Below, one piece after another: positions 52,643 to 64,000 of a stretch of 64,000 nucleotides of DNA (position 1 is its first letter; every line of letters begins with the position of its first letter). The notes beneath the pieces were generated by a model, which worked only from the letters and a program-made list of their open reading frames with translations, was not told the origin of the DNA and searched no databases. Origin of the DNA: Callorhinchus milii (Eukaryota). Both the position numbers and the translations under genes were made by a program. Location: assembly GCF_018977255.1 (NCBI RefSeq), contig NW_024704742.1:110858001-110922000 (forward strand). The letters run 5' to 3'.

Positions 52643-52890
52643 ATAATAATAATAATAATAATAATCCTTGCATTTGATATAGCGCTTTTCACGTCGGGAG
52701 GACGTCCCAAAGCGCTTCACAGAACACACTGTAAAGTGAATTGACTGTATATTTGTGGGCGAACGCGGCAGCCAATTGCGCACAGCAATGTCCCACAAAC
52801 AGTGGTAGATTGAAAATGACCAATTTATTATTGTTTGGTTTTGGAGGGATTATTATTAGGCTCTGTGTAGAGTAAGGAAACTTGCCCAAG
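52643..52890 (-). mobile_element. 5'-truncated young SINE
   Basis: Family body and tail, no tRNA head. Confidence 0.85.
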
Positions 52891-53120
52891 ATAGTGCTTT
52901 CAATGGCAAATAATCAGTTTTAGTTCGTCTGACTCCAGCAGTACGGACTCTGGACACCCCAACTTTTGGCCCTTGCCAACCTGCGCCTAATAATTTCTGG
53001 ATTTATATAAGAAGGATGCGGCCATCCAGGAAGAGAGTGCACATTTGCTTCCAAAAATATCTCAGGAATTTCCATATGTAGGTGGCATGCATGGAACACT
53101 CAGTTTGGTTCGGATACTCT

Positions 53121-53437
53121 TAATAATAATAATAATCCTTGCATTTGATATAGCGCTTTTCATGACTTCTAGACGTCCCAAAGCGCTTCACAGAATATAC
53201 TGTAAAGTGAATTGACTGTATATTTGTGGGCGAACGCGGTAGTCAATTGCACACAGCAATGTCCCACAAACAGCCATGGATTGAAAATGACCAATTTATT
53301 ATTGTTTTGTTTTGGAGGGATTATTATTAGGCGTGTGGAGTAAAGAAACTTGCCCAAGGTTTTGCCCTGCCTGGAATTGAACTCAGGTCTCTCACTTGCA
53401 AAGCGAGTGCTCTAGCTACTGAGCTACAGGACTCCAC
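53121..53437 (-). mobile_element. Young SINE (full length)
   Basis: Family match. Confidence 0.9.
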
Positions 53438-53718
53438 CTTAAGTATAGTGATGGATTTCCTGTTGTATCAGACATTCAGCAGACCCAAAAAAATGCTGAT
53501 ACTCAAGTGCAGTGCTGGGCACTGTTTTACCTGCAGTGTCAGGCCACCTTTAATAATCCTCATATCTGCACACCAAGGTACCTCTAGTCCTCTGCTCCAT
53601 TTAAAATCTTACCATTTAAGATGGACTTTAAGAACACTGCATTAACTCATAATATTTTGCTTTTGTTTTGCTGCTTCACAAAATCGCATTTTATATCCAG
53701 TATTTTATTTTGGTTTAG

Positions 53719-53794
53719 GTGACTTCACTGAAGATGTCACAACTATGCGTCCTGGCAGATATGAGTACCACTTCAGATTCATGCTTCCACAGGC
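53719..53794 (+). CDS. ARRDC3-like: ARRDC3-like copy B, exon 2
   Basis: tttag|DFTEDVTTMRPGRYEYHFRFMLPQ|gtaaga; 76 nt, phase 1 to 2. Flanking intron is homologous to copy A. Confidence 0.88.
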
Positions 53795-54404
53795 GTAAGA
53801 GCTGCATTTTTGTTCTACCTTTATAATTTATCGTTGAATTTTCTTTGTGTATTACACATAGATGTAAATGTGCTTAAATGTGCTTAATTATTGGAGGTTC
53901 CTTTGTTGGATGCATTATTAAACTGCCTCCCTGATCAGGTGAATATTAAAGATGCAATTACATTATTCAGAATAAGAAGGGAGTATTTCCTGGTAAACTA
54001 GCCAATATTAATAAATAAATAACCCTTACATACCGAGGAAGGTGGGAGAGGGAGGGGAAAAGATGACCAAATGCACGGTCAAAGATTTAGGCCTTAACGT
54101 GCCTTGAAAGAGGGGAGGGAGGGAGGGAGTTGGAGGGACTCCAGGAATGGAGCTCTAAGGAGTTGGAGCAAAATGCCGATGTTGGGGCAGATGGGACAGG
54201 GGGGACATGAAGCAAGTCAGTGTTTGCTGGGCAATGGGAATGGCCGGGTCGGGAGGTTCGAGAATGATGGACGTAGAGGAGTGTTTCACTGGGGAAAGAG
54301 GGAGCTTTCTGTGAGGAAACTGCACAGCACAATGTCTCTCTTCAGTCCCCTTCACAGCGGCCAAGAGAGCAGTGGTCGTCTGTCCTGACAATGAACCACA
54401 AAAG

Positions 54405-54860
54405 ACTTCTCTCTCTGCTCTCTCTCTCTCACTGTCTTTGTTCCTGTCTCTTCCCCTCCCTCATACATTCTCTTTCTCTCAATCACTCTCTCCTTCTCTC
54501 GATCACTCTCTCTCTCTCTCTGTACACTCGCACACATTCTCTCTCACACACTGCCACACACTCTCCCACTTTCTCTTTCACACATACTCTCCCTCGCCTC
54601 TGAATCACTCTCTGCTCTCTCTCCCTCCCTCTCTCGGTTTTATTCTACCCCTTTCTCTCATGCTCTCTCTCTCCCTCTCTGTCAATCACTCTCTCCCCCA
54701 CCTCCCAACCCATCTCTCACACATTCTCTCCCTTACGCTCTCATAACTCTCTCTCAATATCTTTCTCTCTCTCCTCTCTCCCTTCCCCCTTCTCTCTCTC
54801 TCTCTCTCTCTCCCTCCCTCTCGCAATCTCTCTGTCTCTTTCTCAATCACTATCTCTCTG
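54405..54860. repeat. Degenerate (CT)n polypyrimidine microsatellite
   Basis: About 450 nt of CT/CA repeats. Confidence 0.9.
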
Positions 54861-55154
54861 GTATGCAGCAGCGTTTGGTAAATAAGCAGTTGGTAAGAGA
54901 CGGCATGAGCTCCTGACACGGCCGGTATTATTTCCATGCTCCACTCTGCATCCTCCCAACCACCAGTTCCTGCTGCTGCGGTGAGAGAACAGGAGAGAGG
55001 GAGCGAGTGGCCCGAAATTGGAAATGGTCTCAGGCTGGATGAAATCACCTGCCATCCGGATGCAACCAGTGGGCCACCTGTTGGACCACGGTGACGTAAA
55101 TTAACATTGTGCATTACGCATGTCTTTTTATGCCTTTTGTTTTTTTGCTAACAG

Positions 55155-55302
55155 ACCATTACCTGCTACATTTAAAGGCTTATATGGCAAAGTGGAATAC
55201 ACGGTAGAAGCTAAACTAAACAGGCCATGGAAGCTGAGCTTCAGCGTGGAACAACCTTTGCCAGTTTTTGAACGCATTGATATTAACCATCCACTGCTTC
55301 TG
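55155..55302 (+). CDS. ARRDC3-like: ARRDC3-like copy B, exon 3
   Basis: aacag|PLPATFKGLYGKVEYTVEAKLNRPWKL..VFERIDINHPLLL|gtaagt; 148 nt. Confidence 0.92.
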
Positions 55303-55689
55303 GTAAGTGAATGGGAAAGTGCAGAATGGAAAAGGTAACTGTGGATATTCTATGCTAAATATAGCACCTGCTGAATTCACTCTTCAAATTGCTGACACAG
55401 TCTGCTTCAGTGCTTTCCTTGATTATCCCTACCACATATTCACAAGATCACAAGATAAGTTCAGAAGGCCGTTTGTTCCTTTTCATTTTCATTTAATTGA
55501 TCATTCACTCCATGGCTGTTTGCTATGCGCAAATTGGCTGCTATGTTCACCCACAAAAATCTTAGTTGCTCCACTTTACATTATATCTTGCGAAGAGCTT
55601 TGGGATACCCTCCTGATGTGAAAGGCACTATATCAAACGCAAGAATTATTATCTTTCCAGAAAAAAAAACCTTACTATCTTTACATCAC

Positions 55690-56420
55690 AGCACCAATGT
55701 TTTTTTAAGTGTGTCCAGGATCCTGGCAACCTGCTCCAGGTTTCAGTTACCCTTTGGGTAAGGATATACTTCCTGGTTTCTGTTATGAAATTGCCCTTTG
55801 CAACTGTAAACATACGTCTCCCTCCTTTTATCCTTCTGTAGCAGTCTTCAAGTCCCATCTTAAAACTTAGTATTTTCAATTATGCATGTTTGTCTTGTTT
55901 ATTGCTACCTCACATTATTATAATAAGGAGAACAATGAGTCACACCTAGACATTTTTCAGCTTCCCCCTTGGCAACTTCTATCCCATTCATAGAGTACAT
56001 GTGATCCCTATTTAACTTCCTTCATGAAGTACTTTGCATTTATCTATATTAAATTTTATTTGCTGGTTATTGGCCATGTGTATATCCTATCAAATTCTCT
56101 TTGCAAGCCCTTTGCTCAAGTGCAAACCCTCTAATGTCCAGTGCCTTGGGACGCCCTTCCAATGTGAAAGGAGCTATATAAATGCAATTTGTTGCTGTTA
56201 TTTGCTGCTTCCTCGTATTCCACAGTTCTCCCCTACTTAGTGTCATCTGCAAATTTAATTACCTTACATTGTGTCTATAAATCCAGGTAATTCAAAGAAC
56301 AAGAGGGGTCCCAGCGTAGACTCCCGAGTACCCCCATTTAATCTTTCTCCACATTTTGACCAGGTCACAAATCCAAACTGTTTGCTTACCTGCTTTGTCC
56401 TGAGCTTGATTCTGTGCCAT
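55690..56420 (-). mobile_element. Decayed CR1 fragments
   Basis: tttgcagatgacactaag (FADDTK) on the minus strand; TQRVTETWSRLP. Confidence 0.55.
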
Positions 56421-56422
56421 TT

Positions 56423-57970
56423 ACAACAACAAAATTATATTTATAGAGTGCCTTTCAAGTCGGGAGGACGTCCTAAAGTGCTGAACAGTCAGATGTCGGG
56501 GCCCGAGCATGGGGGAGGGGTGCTGTAAGGTTGAGGGAAGGCAAAGAGGTGGGAGGAAGACCAAAGGCACGGTCGAAGAGAAGGGTCTTGAGACCGGCCT
56601 TGAAGGATGCTAGGGAGGAAGCGAGGTGAAGGGACTGCGGGATGGAGTTCCAGAGTGTGGGGGCAGAGAGGCTGAAAGCCTGGCCACCGATGGTAGGGCG
56701 GGTCGGGCGGGAGGTATGGAGCAGGCCGGAGCCTGATGAACTTAGGGAGTGGCAGGTTGGTAGGGAGTCAGCAGGTCAGAGAGGTAGGAAGGGGCAAGGC
56801 AATGGATGGCCTTAAAGGTGAGGACGAGGATCTTGAACTCGATTCTCTGGGGGATGGGGAGCCAGTAGAGTCGGGCGAGGGTGGGAGTGATGAGGTCACG
56901 GAGCCTGGTGCGTGAGAATACACGAGCTGCAGAGTTTTGGATGATCTGCAGCTTGTGAAGAGTCGGGAAGGCCGATGAGGAGGGAGTTCCCGTAATCGAG
57001 CCTTGATGTGACAAATGTATGGGTGAGGGTTTCGGCAGCCTGAGGGGTGAGGCAGTGGCGGTGTCCGGCAATATTGCGGAAGTGGTGGTAGGCAGTGTCG
57101 GTCATGGTACGGATGTGGGGGAGAAAGAACAGTTCAAGTTCATTAAAGATATCGAGGTTCCTGACTGGCTCAGTGAGGTTGAGTGTGCAGCCATGGAAGC
57201 TGATGCTGCCAGCGCCTGAGGTGCAGAGGCGCTGGCGCGAGCCACTCAGGAGGGCCTCGGTCTTGCTGACGTTGAGTTGGAGAAAGTTGGCCCTCCTCCA
57301 GGACTTGATGTCGGACAGGCAGTCGGTCAGGACGCCAGTAGTCCTGGAATTCAGGGTGGAGGCAGAGAGGTAGAGTTTGGTGTCATCCACATACCTGCGG
57401 AAACTTACCCCATGTTTGTGGATGACGTCACCAAGGGGGAGCATGTAGAGGGTGAAAAGGAGTGGACAAAGTCCTGAGGAACACCGCACGAGACGGTGCG
57501 GGGGCTGGAGGGGAAACCGTTTGCCACAACGAAGTGGATGCGGTGTGAAAGGTAGGACCTGAACCAGGCAAGGACAGAACCTTGAAGGTTAAGGTGGGAG
57601 GAGAGGGGTTGGAGGAGGATTGAGTGGTCCACGGTGTTAAAGGTGCCGGAGAGTTCGAGGAGGACGAGGAGGCAAATGGAGCCCTGGTCACACATGGCCA
57701 GGATGTCGTTTATGACCTTGACCAGAGCAGTTTCTGTGCTGCACGGTAACCCGATTGGAGGGGTTCGTGGAGGGAGTGAGAGGAGAGGAAAGAGTGAAGC
57801 TAGAAGGCAACAGCTCTCTCAATGACCTTGGATAGGAAAGAGATTTGAAATGGGCTGGTAGCTCGATAGTTGTGAGGGTCAAGGGAAGGCTTTTTCAAGG
57901 TGAGTGTGATCGGGGCTGTTTCGAGGGGGGAAGCAACAGTGCCAGATGACACGGAGAGGTTAATGATGTT
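56423..57970 (-). mobile_element. 5'-truncated L2 at the position where exon 4 of copy B is expected
   Basis: RT peptides [36 protein letters not shown]; (TGT)n tail. Confidence 0.88.
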
Positions 57971-59348
57971 GTGATAATTTACTTGTGATAATTGGTTTCA
58001 CTGTGTGTGCATGCAGTCAGCCAGAAATATTTACACTGAATTCTGTGCACCATGAATTGAATTGAAGGGGCAAAGTAGATATCAAGCTGGCTTTGTTTGA
58101 TAGCACTGTTGCCTCTGAGTCAAAAGATTATGGGTTCAAGTGCCAAGACATTGAGCTCATAATCTAAGGTGACATTACAAAGCAGTGTCAGGTGAGAACT
58201 GAGTTGTCAGTATCAAATTATCAACTGGTACTGTTTTTCCCAATGTCATGACCAATAATCTCCCAGAAAAAAATTGTAATTCACTTCTTTGCTGTTAGTG
58301 GGACACTGCTGTGGCAAATTGGGTGCTGCAATCCCTTATAAGTACACAGTCACTACATTTTACAAAAACCCACAAAGGTCTTTGGGAGGCTTCAATGTTA
58401 TAAGACGTTATATCAAATGCAAGGATTATTTTATTGAAAAATATGAAAGGAATAGACAAATAAGATGCACTGTATTTGTAAAAACCTTTAAAAAGCATCT
58501 AAGTGTATCAACAAGGTAGTCAAACATAGCAAAAGTAAACAACAAAATTGCATTGTTTACTTTTGGGAATCATTAGATCAGTTTGCATAATGAACAGTTT
58601 GCATGATGATGGTTACCCATCAACATCCTATTATAACATCAAGCTATTTCTAAAACGAGTCCAGCATCCTGACCTCAACGGTCCTTTCACATAATCTGTT
58701 CCAGTCATTAGATACCCATTGGTAAAAAAAATGCATTCTGGTGTTGATCTGAAACTGCTCTTTGTTACTCTGAAGCTGAATCCTGATATTTCTGAAAGTA
58801 CCGTTTGGGGTTTATTCACTCAATCTCATATAAAACCTTATATACTTTTCTAAAGTCCCTTCTGAGATATCTCTTTTCAAGGCTGAAAAGCCATAACTTA
58901 TCTCATTGTTGCTCATGGCTGTTTCTTCTAACATTCTTTTGGTCATCTTATTTATGGGACATTGCTTTGCACAAATTGGCTGCCACATTCACTTACAAAT
59001 ACAGATTGCAATTCACAGAAATTTCGCAAAGCGCTTTGAAACCCTCTGGATGTTATAGGTGCTATATCAGATGAAATTATATTATTATTATTAATATACA
59101 GTTTTGTAATGTTACATAAAAGTAACAACTTTACCACAAGCCTGTTTTAGATAATCATTGATAATTGACTCCTATCAGGTTAGAGCACAAATATTACAAA
59201 TCACTGAGCAACACTTAATGCAGTTTGATTGATATTATTTTTAAATTAAATGGAATTTATTAATGTTCTATTTAATTTGTTGTTTTAAATATATTTTTAT
59301 TGGCAATACACAAAATAATTACAATGCTTTTTTTCTCCCCTGCTAAAG

Positions 59349-59605
59349 GTGAAGAAATTCAAATATTTGCTGAATTTGAGAATGGTTCCTCCCGTGAGGT
59401 AGTGCCAAAGGCAGTCATTCATCAAACCCAAACTTTCTTTGCCCAAGGGAAGAGCAGGAAAATACAAGAAACAATAGCCAAAATAGATGGAGAACCAGTG
59501 GCTCCAGGACAAACAGGAAAGTGGATTGGAAAAGGCATGCTTATTCCAACTCTGCCTCCCTCTTACCTCAGCTGCAGAATAATCACTATGGAGTACACAT
59601 TGATG
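59349..59605 (+). CDS. ARRDC3-like: ARRDC3-like copy B, exon 5 homolog
   Basis: taaag|GEEIQIFAEFENGSSREVVPKAVIHQTQTF..CRIITMEYTLM|gtaagc; 257 nt, open in the ancestral frame. Confidence 0.9.
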
Positions 59606-60044
59606 GTAAGCTGCTTTCTTGCATTACTGGTTTGCATGCTGATAATGTGGAAAGAGCGCACTGAAAGCATCTGCATCATCAACAACGCAAATTAATGTTA
59701 AGCACAATACATAAGCTAGAGCGCAGTGAAGGACCAAAAATTTACAAAATAAAAGATCTCACCTCAGAGATCACACAAAATAGCAGCCCGTGTACCCTGA
59801 ACAGAAAAAAAGCACTTTATGGGACTCTAACTGAGTTATGTCTCTGTTGATATTTTGCTGAACTCACAAACAAATCTCCACGATTGGCACTTGCGTAGCA
59901 ACAAATAAATCCTCGAGCAAGGCCATTACACTGAGGCTTCTGGAGGGGGATGAGTAGAGGAATCTGAGATGGTTGTGAGGAATTATGCTTGTGAGGGTGG
60001 CCTGAGTTGGTGACAAATTTTAATATTTGCTTGTTTGATTTTAG

Positions 60045-60164
60045 GTGTACCTATCGATCCCTTTAGCATTAAATCTAAAGGTTAATTTGCCACTAGTTAT
60101 CGGTACGATCGCCTTACATCCTTCATACTACAGTGGTGGTGAGCAACCAGAGATGTTAGCATGA
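60045..60164 (+). CDS. ARRDC3-like: ARRDC3-like copy B, exon 6 homolog with early stop
   Basis: tttag|VYLSIPLALNLKVNLPLVIGTIALHPSYYSGGEQPEMLA*; TGA at 60162-60164; ancestral donor at 60200. Confidence 0.86.
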   Translation: MYLSIPLALNLKVNLPLVIGTIALHPSYYSGGEQPEMLA

Positions 60165-60256
60165 ACTGGTTGTGCCTCGCACTGTCGGAAAGACCTGAAG
60201 GTAAATAACTGCCTCTGACAAAAAATACCATTACAGAAAACTAAGCCTTCAATATT

Positions 60257-60964
60257 TGGAGGTCAGGTTCGACTCCCAATTATTCTTCCTCCCCCACATC
60301 CGGTCCCTCACCAGCACCGCTTTCTTCCACCTCCAACGCATCGCCCGTCTTCGCCTATACCTCTCCCCAAAAGCCGCTGAAACTCTGGTCCATGCCTTTG
60401 TCAACTCCCAGCTGGACTATTCAAATGCCCTCCTCGCCGGCCTCCCCTCCACTACCATCCATAAAATCCAACTCATTCAGAACTCTGCCGCTCGCATTCT
60501 TACCGCATGAAACTCCGCTCCCCGATCACCCCAGTCCTTGCCAGACTGCACTGGCTTCCTATCCCAGAGAGGATCGATTTCAAGATCCTCACCCTCGTAT
60601 TCAAGTCCCTGCACTCCTCTGCACACCCCTATCTATCTGACCTCCTCTCTCCTCAGCACAGTACCCATTGCCTTTGTTCCTCCGGGTCTGGCCTCCTCCT
60701 TGTCCCCCGAGTCCTCCGCTCCACCCTCGGCGGCCGTGCCTTCAGCCACTATGCCCCGAGGCTCTGGAACTGCCTTCCTCACTCCCTTTGTCTCACTCCC
60801 TCCCTTCCCATTTTCAGGTCTACGCTGAAGACCTTTCTTTTCGACCGCGCCTTTGGTCACCTTCCCACCCCTCCCCCTGGCTCGATCCCGGGATCAGTTA
60901 CTGTAAAGCGCTCTCAGACGCTGTCCAGTGTGGAGGGCGCTATATAAATCCAAGTTGCTGTTGT
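60257..60964 (+). mobile_element. L2 3' fragment (family B), inserted after the gene duplication
   Basis: RT C-terminal ORFs; flanked by tatt. The empty site is visible in copy A at about 40216-40230. Confidence 0.88.
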
Positions 60965-61721
60965 TATTAGAGTAAGATTTAATGTCATTAATGAGATAAA
61001 AGTGACCCACTTCATTGAACATAGTAGCTGCAGCAACACAGCTCAGTACCTCTCTTCTCTCATACAAACAAGTCTCTCCCACTCCTCCTTCTTTTCCAAA
61101 TCAGACGAATGGGAGTGATTGTGCTTCATTGTACAATAGTGAGCTGTATTAGCACAGTCAGTTTTATTTGTTCAAAGTTATTGACAGCTCATGTTCTAGG
61201 CTGACACTAGACTATTTTTTAACAACTCAGATTGACATTAAAGTAGATCAAACATAGCACAAGACTTTGACCATTATCTGTTCGATAAAGGGGATAAATT
61301 AACAATGTTTTAAATGTTCAATGTGATAATTATGGCCATGTAATAATTGTGTTTAACAACAAATGACATATAGGTGGCAGCACCCATCTCCTGCAGAGTA
61401 GTCTCTCCTCTCTTTCACACTGAGATCAACCCCATCTTGAATTTCAAGCCAAGTAAATGTAACTGTAAACTTTAGCTCCTAAAGAGACTTGTAACATAGT
61501 TTGTTTAATATTCATTTTCTCGGTTTGATCTGTCATTTTGTCCTCTCCCTTCATTTTATTTGATAATAATCTTAACCATATGCCAGTTAGTCACTGATTC
61601 ACCAAGCAATTGAAATACTTATTTATCATATCAAAACCTTTTGAACACTTCTATTATGTCTCTCAATCTTATTTTTTTCTAGCAAATACAATCCCCAATT
61701 ACTACTGAATGTTCTCTATAT

Positions 61722-64000
61722 TCATAGAATCATAGAATCGTACAGCACAAAAAGAGGCCATTCGGCCCATCGTGTCTGTGCCGGCTCTTTGAGAAGAGCA
61801 GTGTAATGTCAATCCCACTCCCCAGCCCTTTCCCCATAACCCTGCAAACCCGTCCTCCTCAAATACCCGTCCACCGCGTTTTTAAAAGTAGTTATTGAAT
61901 CGGCTTCGACCACCCTTTCAAGCAATGCGTTCCAGATTCGAACAACTGGTTAAATGGTTAAAATGACAAAATGTGGAGTCCTGTAGCTCAGTGGTTAGAG
62001 CACTCGCTTTGCAAACGAGAGACCTGAGTTCAATTTCAGACAGGGCGAAACCTTGGGCAAGTTTCCTTACTCCACACAGAGCCTAATAATAATCCCTCCA
62101 AAACCAAAAACAATAATAAATTGGTCATTTTCAATCTACGACTGTTTGTGGGACATTGCTGTGCGCAATTGGCTGCCGCGTTCGCCCACAAATATACAGT
62201 CAATTCACTTTACAGTGTGTTCTGTGAAGCACTTTGGGACGTCCTCCCGACGTGAAAAGCGCTATATCAAATGCAAGGATTATTATTATTATAACTCGCT
62301 GCGTGAAAAAAAAATTCTCACCTCCCCTCTGCTTTTTTTAGAGACTATTTTAAATCTGTGACCTTGAGCCACCGACACACGCAACAGTGGAAACAGTTTT
62401 TCCCTTTCTAACCTATCAAATCCCCTCATGATTTTGAACACCTCTATTAGGTCTCCTCGTAACCTTCTCTGCTCCAATGAGAATAATCCCGGCCTCTCTA
62501 GCCTTTCCTCATAATCAGGTCCCTCATTCCTGGTACCATCCTTGTAAATCTCCTCTGCACCCTTTCCAATGCCTTAACATCCTTCCTATAGTGTGGTGCC
62601 CAGAACTGGGCGCAGTATTCTAACTGAGGCCTAACCAGTGTTTTATATAGGTTAATCATAACCTCCCGACTCTTGTACTCTATGCCCCTATTTATAAAGC
62701 CTAGTATCCCATATGCCCTTTTTACAGCTTTATCTACCTGTCCTGCCACCTTCAATGATTCATTTACCTGAATTCCCAGGTCTCTCTGTTCTTTTACCCC
62801 CCCCTTAAGATTGTATTACCAGCCTATATTGCCTCCTCTCATTCTTTCTACCAAGATGCATTACCTCGCATTTCTCCACATTGAAATTCATCTGCCATGC
62901 GTCTGCCCATTTTACCATTCTGTCTATGTCTTCCTGCAGTTGGCTCCTATCCTTCTCACTGTTTACCACCCCACCTAATTTTGTGTCGTCCCCAAACTTG
63001 GAAATGGTACTTGCTATACCCAAGTCCAGATCATTTATATATATTAAGAAGAGCAGTGGTCCTAATACCGATCCCCGGGGGACGCCACTATACACTTCCC
63101 TCCAGTCAGAAAAGCAACTGTTCACCACAACTCTCTGCTTTCTGTCTTCCAGCCAGTTCTGGATCCATGCTGCCACTGTCCCTTTTATACCATGGGCTTC
63201 TATCTTTCTTACTTTCATGTGGCACTTTGTCAAATGCCTTTTGAAAGTCCATATAACTGCATCAACTGCACTACCTTAATCCACCCTCCCTGTTACCTTA
63301 TTGAAAAAATTCTAATAGATCTGCCTTTAACAAATCCGTGCTGGCTGTCCCTAATTAACCCGTATTCTTCTAAGTGAAGATTTATTCTGTCCCGGATTAT
63401 AGTCTCCAGGAGTTTCCCCATTACTGATGTTAGGCTGACTGGCCTGTAGTTCCCAGGTTTGTCCCTTTTTGTACAGGGGAGTCACATTGGCCACTCTCCA
63501 GTCCTCTGTCACCACCACTGTGTCCATCGAAGATTGAAAAATTGTAGCCAAACCCTCCGCTATTTATTCCCGTGCCTCCCATAGTACCCTTGGTTGAATC
63601 CCGTCCAGACTGGGCGACTTATCCACCTTCAGCCCAGTCAACCTTTTCAGTACTTCCTCTCCTTTTATACTGATCCTATCCATTTCTTCTCCCCTCTCTT
63701 CCGATACTGCGGCATTTGGTGCTTCCACTTCTTTTGTGAAGACAGATGCAAAGTACTCATTCAGTACATCAGCCATGCCCTCTGCCTCCACAATAAGATT
63801 TCCGCTTTGGTCCTTGATTGGTCCCACCCTACCTTTGACTAACCTTTTTTTGTTGATGTGTTTGTAAAATATTTTAGAATTCCCTTTAATGTTACCCGCT
63901 AACCTTTTTTCATATAATCTTTTTGCCCCTCTTATTTCCTTTTTCAAACTTCTTCTGCACTTCCTATATTTTATTTGGTTGTCTTCTGTGTCTTGGGTGA
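61722..64000 (-). mobile_element. CR1-clade LINE 3' portion (RT), running off the window, SINE-interrupted
   Basis: [54 protein letters not shown]; (ATTCTATG)n tail at 61722-61739. Confidence 0.92.
61973..62292 (+). mobile_element. Young SINE inserted in CR1
   Basis: Family match; aact is duplicated at 61944-61947 and 62293-62296. Confidence 0.9.

Larger units (their letters stand above)
50882..60200 (+). pseudogene. ARRDC3-like: Copy B as a whole: probable recent pseudogene, or an assembly lacking exon 4
   Basis: No exon-4 homolog found in 55303-59348. Joining exon 3 (phase 0) to exon 5 (phase 1) frameshifts to TAG at 59400-59402. An L2 lies in the promoter region. Confidence 0.55.

Noticed and set aside
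54372..55114. 124-aa and 142-aa ORFs (SL-rich, ER-rich)
   Set aside because: Translations of the CT microsatellite.
55303..55340. Alternative exon-3 donor (AAAAG|gtaact) rescuing the frame of copy B
   Set aside because: It gives phase 2, but exon 5 needs phase 1.
1..64000. CRISPR arrays or prokaryotic-type systems
   Set aside because: Eukaryotic intron-containing DNA; no regularly spaced repeat-spacer array, and the RT/EN domains belong to LINEs.

Overview
Repeat-rich vertebrate genomic DNA. The L2/CR1 LINE and tRNA-SINE content suggests a cartilaginous fish, possibly a chimaera; this is inference only. The window holds two tandem, same-strand (+) alpha-arrestin genes derived from ARRDC3. 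Copy A (ATG 21768 to TGA 40116) has six phase-compatible exons giving a 319-aa ORF. Copy B (ATG 50882 to about 60164) has exons 1, 2, 3, 5 and 6 but no findable exon 4, and a ~4.1-kb L2 sits just upstream of its 5'UTR. Both copies share a frameshift in exon 6 that ends the protein right after the arrestin C-domain, removing the PPxY tail; the ancestral tail is still readable out of frame. Both also carry a PPSY motif inside exon 5. The rest is mostly L2 and CR1 fragments, a young tRNA-derived SINE family that shares the L2 3' stem-loop, older Deu-domain SINEs, and several local duplications and nested insertions. Comparisons to human ARRDC3 are from memory and need an alignment. Nearly all six-frame ORFs are transposon or antisense artefacts.
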